From IMG/VR virus record IMGVR_UViG_3300045988_101835: a stretch of DNA of 64,000 nt. One strand, written 5' to 3'. Source of the stretch: a virus. The notes beneath the pieces were generated by a model. That model saw only the letters and a list, made by a program, of their open reading frames with translations. It made no database searches and was not told the origin of the DNA. Position 1 is the first letter of the stretch, and each line of letters begins with the position of its first letter. Below are positions 43,546-53,428 of the stretch, piece after piece. The position numbers were made by a program, and so were the translations under genes.

Positions 43546-46278
43546 ATGGCTCGTCCTATAGAGGAGATATATAATTCGCTTGTATCGAAGGTTTCGTCGC
43601 AGAGTGGTTCTTCGTGGTCTTCGTTGAAGGACAGTATGGTTGGCAAGGAGCTTTTGTGGTTCGGTGCTAACATTGAGTCGGATGCTGAGGTTCTGAGTGA
43701 TGCTGTTAATGGTGTTGTATCGCTTGCCCGGTATAGTGCCGATCAGCTTATCTCGTATGCTTACACGCAGGATGTTCCTTTGGACTTGAGCCGTCCGTCG
43801 TCGGTTAAGGTTGGGTTCCGTGGTCTTCCGGGCGGTCGTGCGGTTGTGTGTGCGCCTTTCCAGTTGTGCCTTACGATTGGGACGCTTTCGTTCTATAATA
43901 TCGAGTACTGCCGCACGGATTCGGAGGTTACTCTTTATCAGGGTATCCCTATGCAGATGCTTTCGGGTTCGTCTATGGTCCTTCCTTTTACGGTTCCGGG
44001 AAACCGTGTTACGCCGTGGAAGTTGTACTTGGAGCTTCAGTCGGGTTCTTTCCAGAGCAGTTACGTTAAGTTGGGTTCGGATGTTCTGTCTTCCAGTGTC
44101 TGGGTTTTCGCTCAGGCCCAGAGTAGCTCTACGAGTGACGTTGTGAGTCCGGTCTTTCCTTATACGAGTTATAATGCGTCTTTGTCGTCTCCGCAGGCTA
44201 AGTTGTACAAGGTCCGTGCCTTGTGGGATTATACGACGTGCGTTCTGTTCGGTGATAGTAACTGGGCGCAGCCTGTTTTGCCGTCGCAGTATAATTATAC
44301 GGTTGTTTGGCTTCAGGGGACCTATAATAGGTTCACTGTATCTTCGGGCAGTCGCCTTGAGGTTACGACGCCGAGTTATACGGGTTCTTTGCCGCTTTTG
44401 TCGTCTTCGGACTCCACGGATCTTGGGTTCTATGTTTCGTCGTCACAGGATGGCGAGACGCAGTCGTTATCATATGCCCGCAATTACCTTCTTAGTGAGG
44501 TTTTCAAGAATTCGGGTATTGTCACAGAGTCCCAGATTCGTAATTTCGTATTGAGCTTTCCTAGTGTCCAGAGTTGCTGGCTTGATGTTTCTCCGGGAGT
44601 TATTTCCATTTATGTTAAGCCCACGCATGAGGGCGATAGTGCCTTTGAGTTCTTGACGGATTACTTGTATCAGTACGGGGTTCCGGGTCCTAAGTATAGC
44701 ACTAGTGTCTCCCAGCCGTTGCTGTTCACGGTTGTTCTGCATGATGTTAGTAGTGCTGGTTCGAGCCAGCTTCCACGTGCTATGTCTTTGCTTCGTGAGT
44801 TGTACTCGTACGATAATGTCACGTTGTCGACACAGGTTTCGAGTGCTTTGATCCAGCAGGAGCTTACGTTGCAGGGTATCTCGGGTATTACGGCTACGAT
44901 TCGTGCCATTGAGGAGCTTACGGAGGAGGTTTCGAACTCTTTGGTTCTGCGGTCTTTGCCGTCGGAGGGTACTATTGTGCTGTACGACGCTTCGGGGCTT
45001 GTTTTGGGCTTTGACTCTACGGGCCGCTTTAAGGAGTATGTGATCTTAGATTCCGGCCTTAGTAACGCCTTGAACGCTGCCGATGTTTCGATGTCGGGTT
45101 TGGGTGATTACGTTTGGCTTGGCGGGGGCAGCGTAAGTTACTTGGTATCGCTGGATGATGGGCGCCTTCTTCTTTCGGACTCGTCTGTAGCGCTTCCGCC
45201 TTTGTCGGCATCTTTTGCTCCTTATGGTAGTGGCTTGTACGCTATGTGGTATGATGGGGTCGATAATGGTACGGATGCTAAGCTTGTTCGTTTGTATCAG
45301 GATTCGAGTGTTTTCCATTCGGGTAAGTATTCTATCTTCTCTCATCCGTCGTATGTTACTCCGCTTTCTAACGGTGTCGGGGGTGTTGACTTCGTAGTTC
45401 GTCCCGATTCGTCGTTTACGGTTAACGGTGTTCTTGGTGTTAGTGGTTCGGGGCCGTCTTCGGATAGCCTTATTTGCTCTGTCACCTCTACTCAGAGTGT
45501 TACGGTCGGTGAGTCTACTTATTATCCTAGTGGTCTTGCTCGCTACCGCCGCACGGGCAGCAATTATTACTATGACTTGACGTTGTTGTTGTCTGCTACT
45601 CCTGCATCTTATGTGAATGCTTCGGCTTTTTATAATGGGGTATGGTATATGCCTTTGACGGATATGTCTTCGTCGGAGGCGGGTCTTACGGGCTTTGACA
45701 TCTATGCTCCAGATGGGTCTTCTATTGGTGACGGTAGTTCCAACTGGTCTAAGAGCCTTAGCTTGACTATGCTTAATGCAGGTGTTGGGTCTTTGGAGGG
45801 TGCTACACCTTTGTCGCTTCGTGTTGTTGATCCGTCTACGATGTATGCGTTGTATACACGTGGTTCGGGTGACAGTTTGAAGTACTACTTCGGTGTTGTT
45901 TACTTCGTCATTTCCGTTTCGGAGTCTTCGGAGTTCCGTTACAGATTGATCTCGGAGGTTGAGTTCGGTGCTTCGGCTTACCCGTCTTCTATTTTGTCTG
46001 CTTCGAGTGGTTTGGTCACGCTTGGCGGCTTAGTTAACGGCAGTCGTCTTTTCTGGTCGGGTTCTGCTTCGAGCATTACGGCTTCAGGTTATTCGACACT
46101 TGGTGCTGGCTTGAGTTCGAGTTTGGTTTTGTCTACGGTAGGTAGTGTTGACTATTCGACGGGTACGATCTACGGCTTGGTTGGCGGTGGTCTTGGTGAG
46201 TACGTGGAGTACGAGATTGCTTCCACGCTTACGGGCGGTGCTACTTATCCTTTGTTGTCGGACGTTGTTGTAGATTAG
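43546..46278 (+). CDS. baseplate wedge protein (gpJ / gp6-like), extended C-terminus
   Basis: 910 aa, immediately after the gp25-like gene. Confidence 0.45.
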   Translation: MARPIEEIYNSLVSKVSSQSGSSWSSLKDSMVGKELLWFGANIESDAEVLSDAVNGVVSLARYSADQLISYAYTQDVPLDLSRPSSVKVGFRGLPGGRAVVCAPFQLCLTIGTLSFYNIEYCRTDSEVTLYQGIPMQMLSGSSMVLPFTVPGNRVTPWKLYLELQSGSFQSSYVKLGSDVLSSSVWVFAQAQSSSTSDVVSPVFPYTSYNASLSSPQAKLYKVRALWDYTTCVLFGDSNWAQPVLPSQYNYTVVWLQGTYNRFTVSSGSRLEVTTPSYTGSLPLLSSSDSTDLGFYVSSSQDGETQSLSYARNYLLSEVFKNSGIVTESQIRNFVLSFPSVQSCWLDVSPGVISIYVKPTHEGDSAFEFLTDYLYQYGVPGPKYSTSVSQPLLFTVVLHDVSSAGSSQLPRAMSLLRELYSYDNVTLSTQVSSALIQQELTLQGISGITATIRAIEELTEEVSNSLVLRSLPSEGTIVLYDASGLVLGFDSTGRFKEYVILDSGLSNALNAADVSMSGLGDYVWLGGGSVSYLVSLDDGRLLLSDSSVALPPLSASFAPYGSGLYAMWYDGVDNGTDAKLVRLYQDSSVFHSGKYSIFSHPSYVTPLSNGVGGVDFVVRPDSSFTVNGVLGVSGSGPSSDSLICSVTSTQSVTVGESTYYPSGLARYRRTGSNYYYDLTLLLSATPASYVNASAFYNGVWYMPLTDMSSSEAGLTGFDIYAPDGSSIGDGSSNWSKSLSLTMLNAGVGSLEGATPLSLRVVDPSTMYALYTRGSGDSLKYYFGVVYFVISVSESSEFRYRLISEVEFGASAYPSSILSASSGLVTLGGLVNGSRLFWSGSASSITASGYSTLGAGLSSSLVLSTVGSVDYSTGTIYGLVGGGLGEYVEYEIASTLTGGATYPLLSDVVVD

Positions 46279-46284
46279 AGTGTC

Positions 46285-48246
46285 ATGACTTTAGATGCTG
46301 TTCGTGAGGTTTTCCGGAGTTACTTTTTGGAGGAGCTTAGGGTTGATCCGGGTTGGGATGAGTTCTTGGATCTCATCCTTTCGAACATGGACCTTCGTGC
46401 TCTGGACTTCATGCAGTCTAATGGGGTTCCTTATAGTATTGCTTTTAATGATTTTGGGGATCTGTTTAAGACGTCGGGTCCTTTCGTCGAGGTTCTACAT
46501 GTTTCCGGTTCATCACGTTCTTCTGAGGGTTATACTTTGTTGGGCTTCAACATGCCGCTTCGGTATAAGTTTCTATCGGAGTCGGGCCTGACTACGACAG
46601 ACCTTCAGTGGTTTGACTTTACGGCTGCTTCTCTGATGTCGCGTCCTCAGTCTGTGAGCTATTATACGAGTACAGATTTGGATGCCGCCCCTCAGTGGTT
46701 GCTTCGTCCGTCTTGCTATTACTATGTTCCCCAGACGGAGGAGGAGGCTGTGTCGCTGGATACGCTTCAGGGTCTTTCTGTTCTTGTCGATCCGGTTGTT
46801 CCTATTACATGGTCGGAGCGTGTTGACTTGTTTACGTATGCGGATGGTAAGCCTTGCTGCTTCTTTGTCAAGATATGGGATTATGTCCATGATGAATCCG
46901 GGGCTATTTTGCGCGATGCTGTGTCTGGGGAGTACTTCCCTACCATTCCTGCATTACAGCTCGCCACAGTGCCCGAAACGCTTAATGGTGCTGAGATTTT
47001 GAATGCCCGCCGACGGTCGGGTGCTGGGACTTCTCTGTATGGCACTTCTCCGTATGCGTCTGCTCTGTTTGGTGCTCTGTTTGGCTTGGGTTTGAACTAC
47101 GCGGAGGTTCCGTTTCGTATTTACTTGGCGAGTGATGACCGTTTAGGTACTCCTACGGCGTCTTATTCGTCGTTCGTTGAGTTCTGGCAGGTTCTGGATG
47201 CACTTCATGACTTCTTGCCGCGGTCTGTGTTTTTGAATCCGGAGGTTGTGGGTTTGGTTTCGGCGGAGGATACACGTGTTGATGCTGTTCGTGATTATTG
47301 GGGTACGGGTGATAGTATTGTTTCGTCTTTCTCCACTAAGGATCGTCTTCGTCGCATAGCTACTCGTTATGGTAGTATTCTTGGCTATGACAAGAAGCTT
47401 TGGGTTGTAGGGTCTAATGCTCCTTTCTCGGATTTGAACTTCTTGGGTCATGACGGGGGTGACGCTTCTGCGCCTTATATCAACACGCTGCCTACGGATA
47501 TGTACTTTACGCAGTATGGTTCGTCGGCGTCGGCTCCGGGTGGGAGCGTTCGTGTTTTCTCGGATGTTGCTGCATGGGAGGCATATGTTTACAACACTTC
47601 CGATCCTATTTACATTAGTCCGGTTACCATTAGGCTTGATTTGTCGTCATGGTCGGGTAAGCTTTTGGTTTCGCCTACCGATGGTTCTGGGGTTACGGAT
47701 TACCTTGTTACTCCGGATTCTCGTCTTGGTGAGCCAGTTTACGGCATCACTAAGAACTATGTTGACATGTCGATTCCGGATGGTTTTATCAACCGTTTAG
47801 TTCTGTCTTTTGGTGTTTCGGAGGATACTTTCATTGCTAGTCAGTTCGGCGGAGATAGTGCTGCTGCGTCCGCTTTTCTTTCTAGGCTTCAGTCTTTGCT
47901 TGAGGGTGCGGTTCCAGCCGGGGTTTCGGTTCAGGTTCTTTTTGGCACAGATGCCCATCCCGTTACTCTCCGCTTTGCTATGGAGGTTGGTACTCCGGAT
48001 TTCTTTATACGTGTTAGTCCTAGTGTTGTGACGAGTTCCGGCTCGGAGTCTTTCTCGTCTTCGGTTAGTGTTGAGTCCAATACTGCATGGCATGTGACGT
48101 CTCGCGTTGCGCCTTACATTCGTGTTGGTGCGAATGAGTATGAGACTTCGAGTTCTTACACTGTAGAGCTGGATCCTACGTCGGGGAGTCCTGCTTCGGT
48201 TTATGTTGCCACCAATTCGACGGTAGTAGTTAACGGTTCGGTTTAG
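46285..48246 (+). CDS. baseplate/tail-fibre protein (gpI-like position)
   Basis: 653-aa ORF following the gpJ-like gene. Confidence 0.35.
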   Translation: MTLDAVREVFRSYFLEELRVDPGWDEFLDLILSNMDLRALDFMQSNGVPYSIAFNDFGDLFKTSGPFVEVLHVSGSSRSSEGYTLLGFNMPLRYKFLSESGLTTTDLQWFDFTAASLMSRPQSVSYYTSTDLDAAPQWLLRPSCYYYVPQTEEEAVSLDTLQGLSVLVDPVVPITWSERVDLFTYADGKPCCFFVKIWDYVHDESGAILRDAVSGEYFPTIPALQLATVPETLNGAEILNARRRSGAGTSLYGTSPYASALFGALFGLGLNYAEVPFRIYLASDDRLGTPTASYSSFVEFWQVLDALHDFLPRSVFLNPEVVGLVSAEDTRVDAVRDYWGTGDSIVSSFSTKDRLRRIATRYGSILGYDKKLWVVGSNAPFSDLNFLGHDGGDASAPYINTLPTDMYFTQYGSSASAPGGSVRVFSDVAAWEAYVYNTSDPIYISPVTIRLDLSSWSGKLLVSPTDGSGVTDYLVTPDSRLGEPVYGITKNYVDMSIPDGFINRLVLSFGVSEDTFIASQFGGDSAAASAFLSRLQSLLEGAVPAGVSVQVLFGTDAHPVTLRFAMEVGTPDFFIRVSPSVVTSSGSESFSSSVSVESNTAWHVTSRVAPYIRVGANEYETSSSYTVELDPTSGSPASVYVATNSTVVVNGSV

Positions 48247-48259
48247 TATTGTAGGTATC

Positions 48260-48844
48260 ATGATAGTTTCTAGTTCTTTGCGTGCCGCGGGCACCACGTC
48301 GGTTGTTACGGAGGATGTTGTGGGGATCTTGTCGCGTCTTATGCTTTTGCCGTCTTCGGATGATACTCGCAAGTTGTCGGACTATGCGGTTACGAATGTT
48401 CTTTACTTCAAGAAGGACATTCTGTCTACTGCTTCGTCTCTGCTTCGTGGTGCTGCGGGTCTAACCTTTTCGGATGTCCAGCCGCATGTTCTGTACTGCG
48501 ACTCTTTAGCATCGGGCTTAGTTGTTTCTCAGCCGGAGCTTATTAACGAGGAGGGTATCGTTGGTTATCATACTGTTGTTACGTCCACTCTTGCCGCCGA
48601 TATTCCTGTAGTAGATGATGGTCTTATTTACGGCATGGGTTTGCTTCTTGGTGGCAATACGGATAACCATAGTGCTAATTCGCAGCCTGCGAATCCGTCT
48701 TTCTATTATGGTGCGGGGACGTATGACGACATGCGTAATTACCTTTTTGTTGTTACATTGTTTTCGGCGGATTCTCCCATTTCGAAGGAGGCGGATAAGG
48801 TTCTGACTCAGTCTTGGGATGTTCATTATATCTGTGAGCTTTAG
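48260..48844 (+). CDS. tail-fibre-associated protein (unknown)
   Basis: 194-aa ORF, the last gene of the late block. Confidence 0.35.
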   Translation: MIVSSSLRAAGTTSVVTEDVVGILSRLMLLPSSDDTRKLSDYAVTNVLYFKKDILSTASSLLRGAAGLTFSDVQPHVLYCDSLASGLVVSQPELINEEGIVGYHTVVTSTLAADIPVVDDGLIYGMGLLLGGNTDNHSANSQPANPSFYYGAGTYDDMRNYLFVVTLFSADSPISKEADKVLTQSWDVHYICEL

Positions 48845-48910
48845 TGCTGGCTTCTTGGTTGGTACGTTTATGGAGGACATGGCTTCGGTCATGTCTTTTC
48901 TTTGTGTGTT

Positions 48911-50533
48911 ATGGGTAGGTTTTTTAAAGACGGTTTTCAGTTATTTCCGGAGCAGATTGAATTGGCTAAGGGTCTTTCTAGCCGTAAGCGTGCTATCCTG
49001 ATCGACAGTACGGGTAACGGCAAGACGCTTGTATGTTTATATTCCTACAGTTACTTGAAGTCGAAGGGTTTAGCAGATTGTCTTTTGGTTCTCACGCCTA
49101 AGAATGCTTATGACAAGCGGGTCTGGGCGAAGGATGCTGCGGCTCATACTCATTTGACGTCCATTTCTTTGGATGACTTCATCAAGAAGGTTTCTGGTGG
49201 TGCTGACGTTCTGGAGCTTCTGAATAGCTATGATGTTGTTTACGGCAAGCATACTCATTGCAAGACGGATTACGGTGTCCTTCGTCAGATTTATATGTCT
49301 TCTTGTAAGTTGGTTACGGTTCTTGATGAGGTCCATGCCTTCAAGAATTCGAAGGCTCAGCTTACTTCCACTATGAGTTTGCTTGTTAAGAACTGCTATG
49401 CGTTGTGGGGTGTTACTGCCACGGTGCTGAGTAAGAACTGCATGGATACCTACCATTTGGTTAACTTCGTCTATCCTCGGTTTTTCACGTCGGTTCGTGG
49501 GTTCCAGAGCCAGTTCTGTAAGGTCGAGGAGAAGGTCATTGGTCGCAATCCGGATAAGACTCTACGCAAGGCTCGTATCATTACGGATTATAAGGATAGC
49601 GCTGCTTTGATGGACTATCTACGTCCGGTTATGATTGTCGGCACGCCACCTGTTCCTTTAGATATTCACTTCATTGATTACACGATGTCGGCTTCTGAGC
49701 AGGACTTGTACGCTAAGGTTGCTAATGGTTTGATGTTGTCGGGCGAGAGTGATGACGCCACTTGGATTCAGCAGGTTGTGTCGCGTTCTGAGATTCGTGA
49801 GGGTGCCGTCCGGTCGGTCAAGGACTTGGAGCGTCATAGTTCTCGTTTTATCTATCTTCAGGCGGTCACGGATGGTTGCTTGAATTCGGATGGTACGTTT
49901 GGTGTTGGAGGTTCTCGCAAGCTGGATTCTTTACTGACGCTGGTCAGTGATATTGCTTCTCGGAACGAGTCGGTTTTGGTTTATTTCGATTTCTATTCGT
50001 CATTGGATGCTGCCATGTATCACCTTCAGCGTTCCGGCATTACGGATTCCCGTGGCAGGTCCATTGTCGTTGTTGAGTCTTCGTCTCGGAATGTCCTTAA
50101 GCCTACACAGGCTACGGAGTCGCAGTGCTTCATGAATAGTTATGTTATTCTGTGTACTCGTGCCGCTTCGGAGTCTGCCAATTACACTTACATTAATAAT
50201 GTCGTATTGTTCGACGTTCCGGTCACGCCTATTCCGTTCCTTCAGTTTATTGGCCGCATTACGCGCAAGACGAGTAAGTTTTTAGGTGATCTTCATTTGT
50301 GGATATTCCGCAGTGATGACATTTCGGAGTATAAGCTTCAGCTTGTAGGCTTCAAGGTTTATATGCAGGAGAAGATCAGCTTTGAGATTCATAATTTCCC
50401 GCGTGAGTATGTTAAGCCGATGTCGGATGCGGAGCACCTTCGAGTTGCAAAGCAGCATCTGCTGTGGAAGGGTCGCAAGCCGCGTCTTACGCGGTCGTCT
50501 CAGATTGTTCCGCAGGGCGGTACTCTCTTTTAG
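48911..50533 (+). CDS. SF2 (SNF2/DEAH-like) helicase
   Basis: Motif I DSTGNGKT, motif II LDEVHAF, motif III VTAT, motif VI QFIGRITR. Composition is backbone-like. Confidence 0.7.
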   Translation: MGRFFKDGFQLFPEQIELAKGLSSRKRAILIDSTGNGKTLVCLYSYSYLKSKGLADCLLVLTPKNAYDKRVWAKDAAAHTHLTSISLDDFIKKVSGGADVLELLNSYDVVYGKHTHCKTDYGVLRQIYMSSCKLVTVLDEVHAFKNSKAQLTSTMSLLVKNCYALWGVTATVLSKNCMDTYHLVNFVYPRFFTSVRGFQSQFCKVEEKVIGRNPDKTLRKARIITDYKDSAALMDYLRPVMIVGTPPVPLDIHFIDYTMSASEQDLYAKVANGLMLSGESDDATWIQQVVSRSEIREGAVRSVKDLERHSSRFIYLQAVTDGCLNSDGTFGVGGSRKLDSLLTLVSDIASRNESVLVYFDFYSSLDAAMYHLQRSGITDSRGRSIVVVESSSRNVLKPTQATESQCFMNSYVILCTRAASESANYTYINNVVLFDVPVTPIPFLQFIGRITRKTSKFLGDLHLWIFRSDDISEYKLQLVGFKVYMQEKISFEIHNFPREYVKPMSDAEHLRVAKQHLLWKGRKPRLTRSSQIVPQGGTLF

Positions 50534-50567
50534 TTTTTTTTTTCTGGTGTGTTCTAAACTTAAGACT

Positions 50568-52067
50568 ATGGAGGATATGTTTGGTGATTTAGGGATTGTT
50601 GACGCGCAGGGTTGGCGTGTCTCCGAGTTTTCTGCTGGCGGTGTTAACTCTCAGAAAGCCCGTCTTGCTTTAGAAGAGCGGTATTGGCCTATCACCGAAA
50701 TAACCGAGCGATTTAATCGTCAAAGCGTCAGTTATCAATTAAGCAAAAGAGATTGTCTGCATAAATGGTTAAAATACAAGGAGGGTTTTTCTGCCGAGTT
50801 GGTCAGTGCCCTTTTGCGTGATTTTCGTTTACAAAAGGGCGATCTAGTAGTAGATCCTTTTATGGGGTCAGGTACGACGGCTTTAGTATCAATGTTCAAT
50901 GGGTACAATAGTCTTGGTTTTGATATTTTGCCTATGTCAGAAATTGCTATTCGTGCAAAGACTGCTATTTATGTATATGATGTATTGGAGCTGAAGGAGC
51001 TTCTTAAAGAGGTGGTAAACTTGCACGTTCCGGAAGAGTATGCAGGGCGCACTCCTGAAATAGGAATTACTAAAGACGGTTATCCCAGTGAGACGAGTCG
51101 TGATTTGGCCTATTATAAAGAACATTTTCTCAATTCCAGATATTCTGAGACTACGAAAATGCTTCTTGAGCTTTGTACTTTGAATGCTTTGGAGCGTATA
51201 AGCTACTCTGCAAAAGATGGGCAATATCTTAGATGGGATTATCGCTGTCCCAAGATTACTGCTGCTTCGGAGGCTAGATTAAGACAGGGTAAGAAGCCTT
51301 TTGCTGTCAAATTGGATAAAGGGTCCTTGCCGTCCCTCAAAGAAGTATTACTGGAAGAATTAAGTGGTGTCCTTCGGGATATAGAATACTTAAATAATAC
51401 TCCTATTGGGTTTGATACGCAATGTAATTTTATTGAGGGAAGTGCGCTTTTTGAATTACCGAAGCTTGCAGACGGAACAGTTAGCGCAGTAATATCTTCT
51501 CCTCCATACTGTAACCGATATGATTACACTCGCACCTACGCTTTGGAGTTAGCCTATTTGGGGTTATCCGAGGCTGATGTGCGGGCATTACGTCAGGACT
51601 TATTGTCGTGTACAGTTGAGAATAAATCTAAAATTGAGCAACTGCGGGATTATTATCATCAAATAGGGCAGGAAGATCATTATGACAGGACAATGAAGAT
51701 CGTCGATGGAAATGCGGCACTTCAAGAAATAAATAACGCTTTGAAGAGCCGTAATGAAAACGGAGAGATAAACAATAAGGGAGTCCTTAAAATGGTGGAT
51801 GGGTATTTCACAGAATTGACCTTTCTGTTTTCTGAGTTGTATCGCGTATGTAAGACTGGTGCATACGTCGCTTTCGTTAATGATAACGTAAGGTATGCGG
51901 GCGAAGTTATTCCGGTTGATTTTCTCACTACCAATTTGGCCGAGCAAATAGGTTTTACTCCAGTAAAGATTTACACTTTAAAGCAACAAAAAGGTAATAG
52001 TAGTCAGCAGATGAAGAGATATGGACGAGTAGCTTTGCGAAAAAGCATTACTATTTGGCAGAAATAG
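50568..52067 (+). CDS. DNA methyltransferase (N4-C or N6-A; DPFxGSGTT ... SPPY)
   Basis: 499 aa from MEDMFGDL. Motif I is DPFMGSGTTAL and motif IV is SSPPYCNRYDY. Its A-rich neutral composition is unlike the backbone. The track start at 50382 overlaps the helicase gene and is rejected. Confidence 0.75.
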   Translation: MEDMFGDLGIVDAQGWRVSEFSAGGVNSQKARLALEERYWPITEITERFNRQSVSYQLSKRDCLHKWLKYKEGFSAELVSALLRDFRLQKGDLVVDPFMGSGTTALVSMFNGYNSLGFDILPMSEIAIRAKTAIYVYDVLELKELLKEVVNLHVPEEYAGRTPEIGITKDGYPSETSRDLAYYKEHFLNSRYSETTKMLLELCTLNALERISYSAKDGQYLRWDYRCPKITAASEARLRQGKKPFAVKLDKGSLPSLKEVLLEELSGVLRDIEYLNNTPIGFDTQCNFIEGSALFELPKLADGTVSAVISSPPYCNRYDYTRTYALELAYLGLSEADVRALRQDLLSCTVENKSKIEQLRDYYHQIGQEDHYDRTMKIVDGNAALQEINNALKSRNENGEINNKGVLKMVDGYFTELTFLFSELYRVCKTGAYVAFVNDNVRYAGEVIPVDFLTTNLAEQIGFTPVKIYTLKQQKGNSSQQMKRYGRVALRKSITIWQK

Positions 52068-52102
52068 CATTATATTTTTTGCGGTTACCTGTGTTGTATG
52101 CA

Positions 52103-52183
52103 TTTAACGGGCGTGAAGAGGTCGGTTGTGGCTTCGACGAAGCGTCAATATGTGCAAGTTATTAATTGTATATACTCACCTTT
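52103..52183 (+). repeat. orphan IS right-end / omega-RNA 3' module, copy B (relic of a tnpB 3' end)
   Basis: 74 of 81 positions match 34685-34765. It still encodes FNGREEVGCGFDEASICASY*, compared with FDGRGEVGYGFDEASICASY* in the intact tnpB. No tnpB body lies upstream. Confidence 0.85.
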
Positions 52184-52197
52184 TAAAATAGTATTTT

Positions 52198-52545
52198 ATG
52201 GATATTACGGGCATTTTTTCGGAGAGCTTTTGGTGGCTTGCTCCGGCACTTTCCGCCGCTACGGTTTTGCTGGCGGGTGTTGCTAATGGTCTTTTCAAGA
52301 TCACGAATGGTATCTGGCCGCAGGTTGTGGCTTGGGTTATCGGCACGGCTCTGTCGGTTGACGCCTACTTTGCGGGCTTGATTGAGATGGGTCAGCCGGA
52401 GTGGCTTGGTGTTGTGATGCTGTGTGTAGTCGTTGGTTTGTCTTCGAACGGCATCTACGACATTCCTGCCATTAAGGCATGGGTTGATGCTTGGTTCGCC
52501 AAGAAGCCTACGACCTCTACAGCCAAGAAGAAGACGCAGAAGTAG
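52198..52545 (+). CDS. holin-like membrane protein
   Basis: 115 aa with three hydrophobic segments and a Lys-rich C-terminal tail (KKPTTSTAKKKTQK). Confidence 0.4.
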   Translation: MDITGIFSESFWWLAPALSAATVLLAGVANGLFKITNGIWPQVVAWVIGTALSVDAYFAGLIEMGQPEWLGVVMLCVVVGLSSNGIYDIPAIKAWVDAWFAKKPTTSTAKKKTQK

Positions 52546-52572
52546 ATAGTTCTGCTCTGTGTGTAGGAGTTT

Positions 52573-52608
52573 AGTCCGGATGACTTTAGTTATATGGACT
52601 TTTTTTTT
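52573..52608 (+). terminator. rho-independent terminator
   Basis: Stem AGTCC (52573-77) pairs with GGACT (52596-600), followed by a run of T. Confidence 0.45.
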
Positions 52609-52635
52609 CGTTTAACATTGTTTTTTTTTTATAAA

Positions 52636-52687
52636 TTTGGATTTATAATTTTAATTATCTACTTTTGTGTTGTAGATATAGTTCTAC
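52636..52687 (+). promoter_or_regulatory. Bacteroidota-type promoter plus the same inverted repeat as at 974-1025
   Basis: TTTG (52636-39), 20-nt spacer, TACTTTTG (52660-67). Four nt later comes GTAGATATAGTTCTAC (52672-87). Confidence 0.6.
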
Positions 52688-52708
52688 GGATAATTTAATT
52701 TCGATTTG

Positions 52709-53395
52709 ATGGTGCGTGATATTACTAATCTTGTATGTCCTAAGCGTATTTTATACTTGTGGGATATTCATAATCAGTTGATCGATGATTCGGGCTATGA
52801 GTTGATTAGCGATTTTGAGTATTACAAGAAAGCTATTTCCTCCCACTTGGAGCCTTATGCTGATATTCTAGATTACTCATGTTTGCCTATTTCTGAAGTA
52901 CAAGCTATTTCTGCTGAGTATAAGTTTGTGCGTGAGCTTGTTCAGTTGAATTACCTACTTAGTTGCAATGATCCTGTTGTTCGTCATGGTTATATGGACT
53001 TGCATTTTTCGGGTAGGTCCTCCTATTTGTTTTCGGGTAGGCATGATGCTTCTCAAGTTTTGTTTGACGTTAAGTTCCACGATGGTCTTCCTTCGATATC
53101 TCAGTTGGAGTTGGTGGCTACGTTTTATACTAAGTCTAAGAATCTTTCTAAGCTTGTCTCTAAGCGATTAGGTATCGATGCTTTTAAGTCTGCGTCAAAT
53201 CCGTTGGCTAGTTATATGGATCGTTTGAGCAATGGGTTTGCGTTACATATTTATCGTTCTGTATCTGATCGTAGTCGTCATTCTATTTCGGATGTCTCTT
53301 TTATATGTGATTTTTATAAGGATATTCCTGAGTTGCGTGTGAAGCATTACATTCCTTCAATTACGACCGCTTTAGAGGTGTTTGACTGTTTGTAG
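52709..53395 (+). CDS. hypothetical early protein
   Basis: 228-aa ORF after the early promoter. Confidence 0.45.
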   Translation: MVRDITNLVCPKRILYLWDIHNQLIDDSGYELISDFEYYKKAISSHLEPYADILDYSCLPISEVQAISAEYKFVRELVQLNYLLSCNDPVVRHGYMDLHFSGRSSYLFSGRHDASQVLFDVKFHDGLPSISQLELVATFYTKSKNLSKLVSKRLGIDAFKSASNPLASYMDRLSNGFALHIYRSVSDRSRHSISDVSFICDFYKDIPELRVKHYIPSITTALEVFDCL

Positions 53396-53428
53396 CTGCA
53401 AGTACGTTGATGCTTAAAAATTTTAGTT

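Noticed and set aside
43546-48246. A diversity-generating retroelement targeting the baseplate or fibre genes.
   Set aside because: No reverse-transcriptase ORF is present in the window, and I did not spot a template/variable repeat pair by eye. This cannot be excluded for the rest of the genome without a repeat search.
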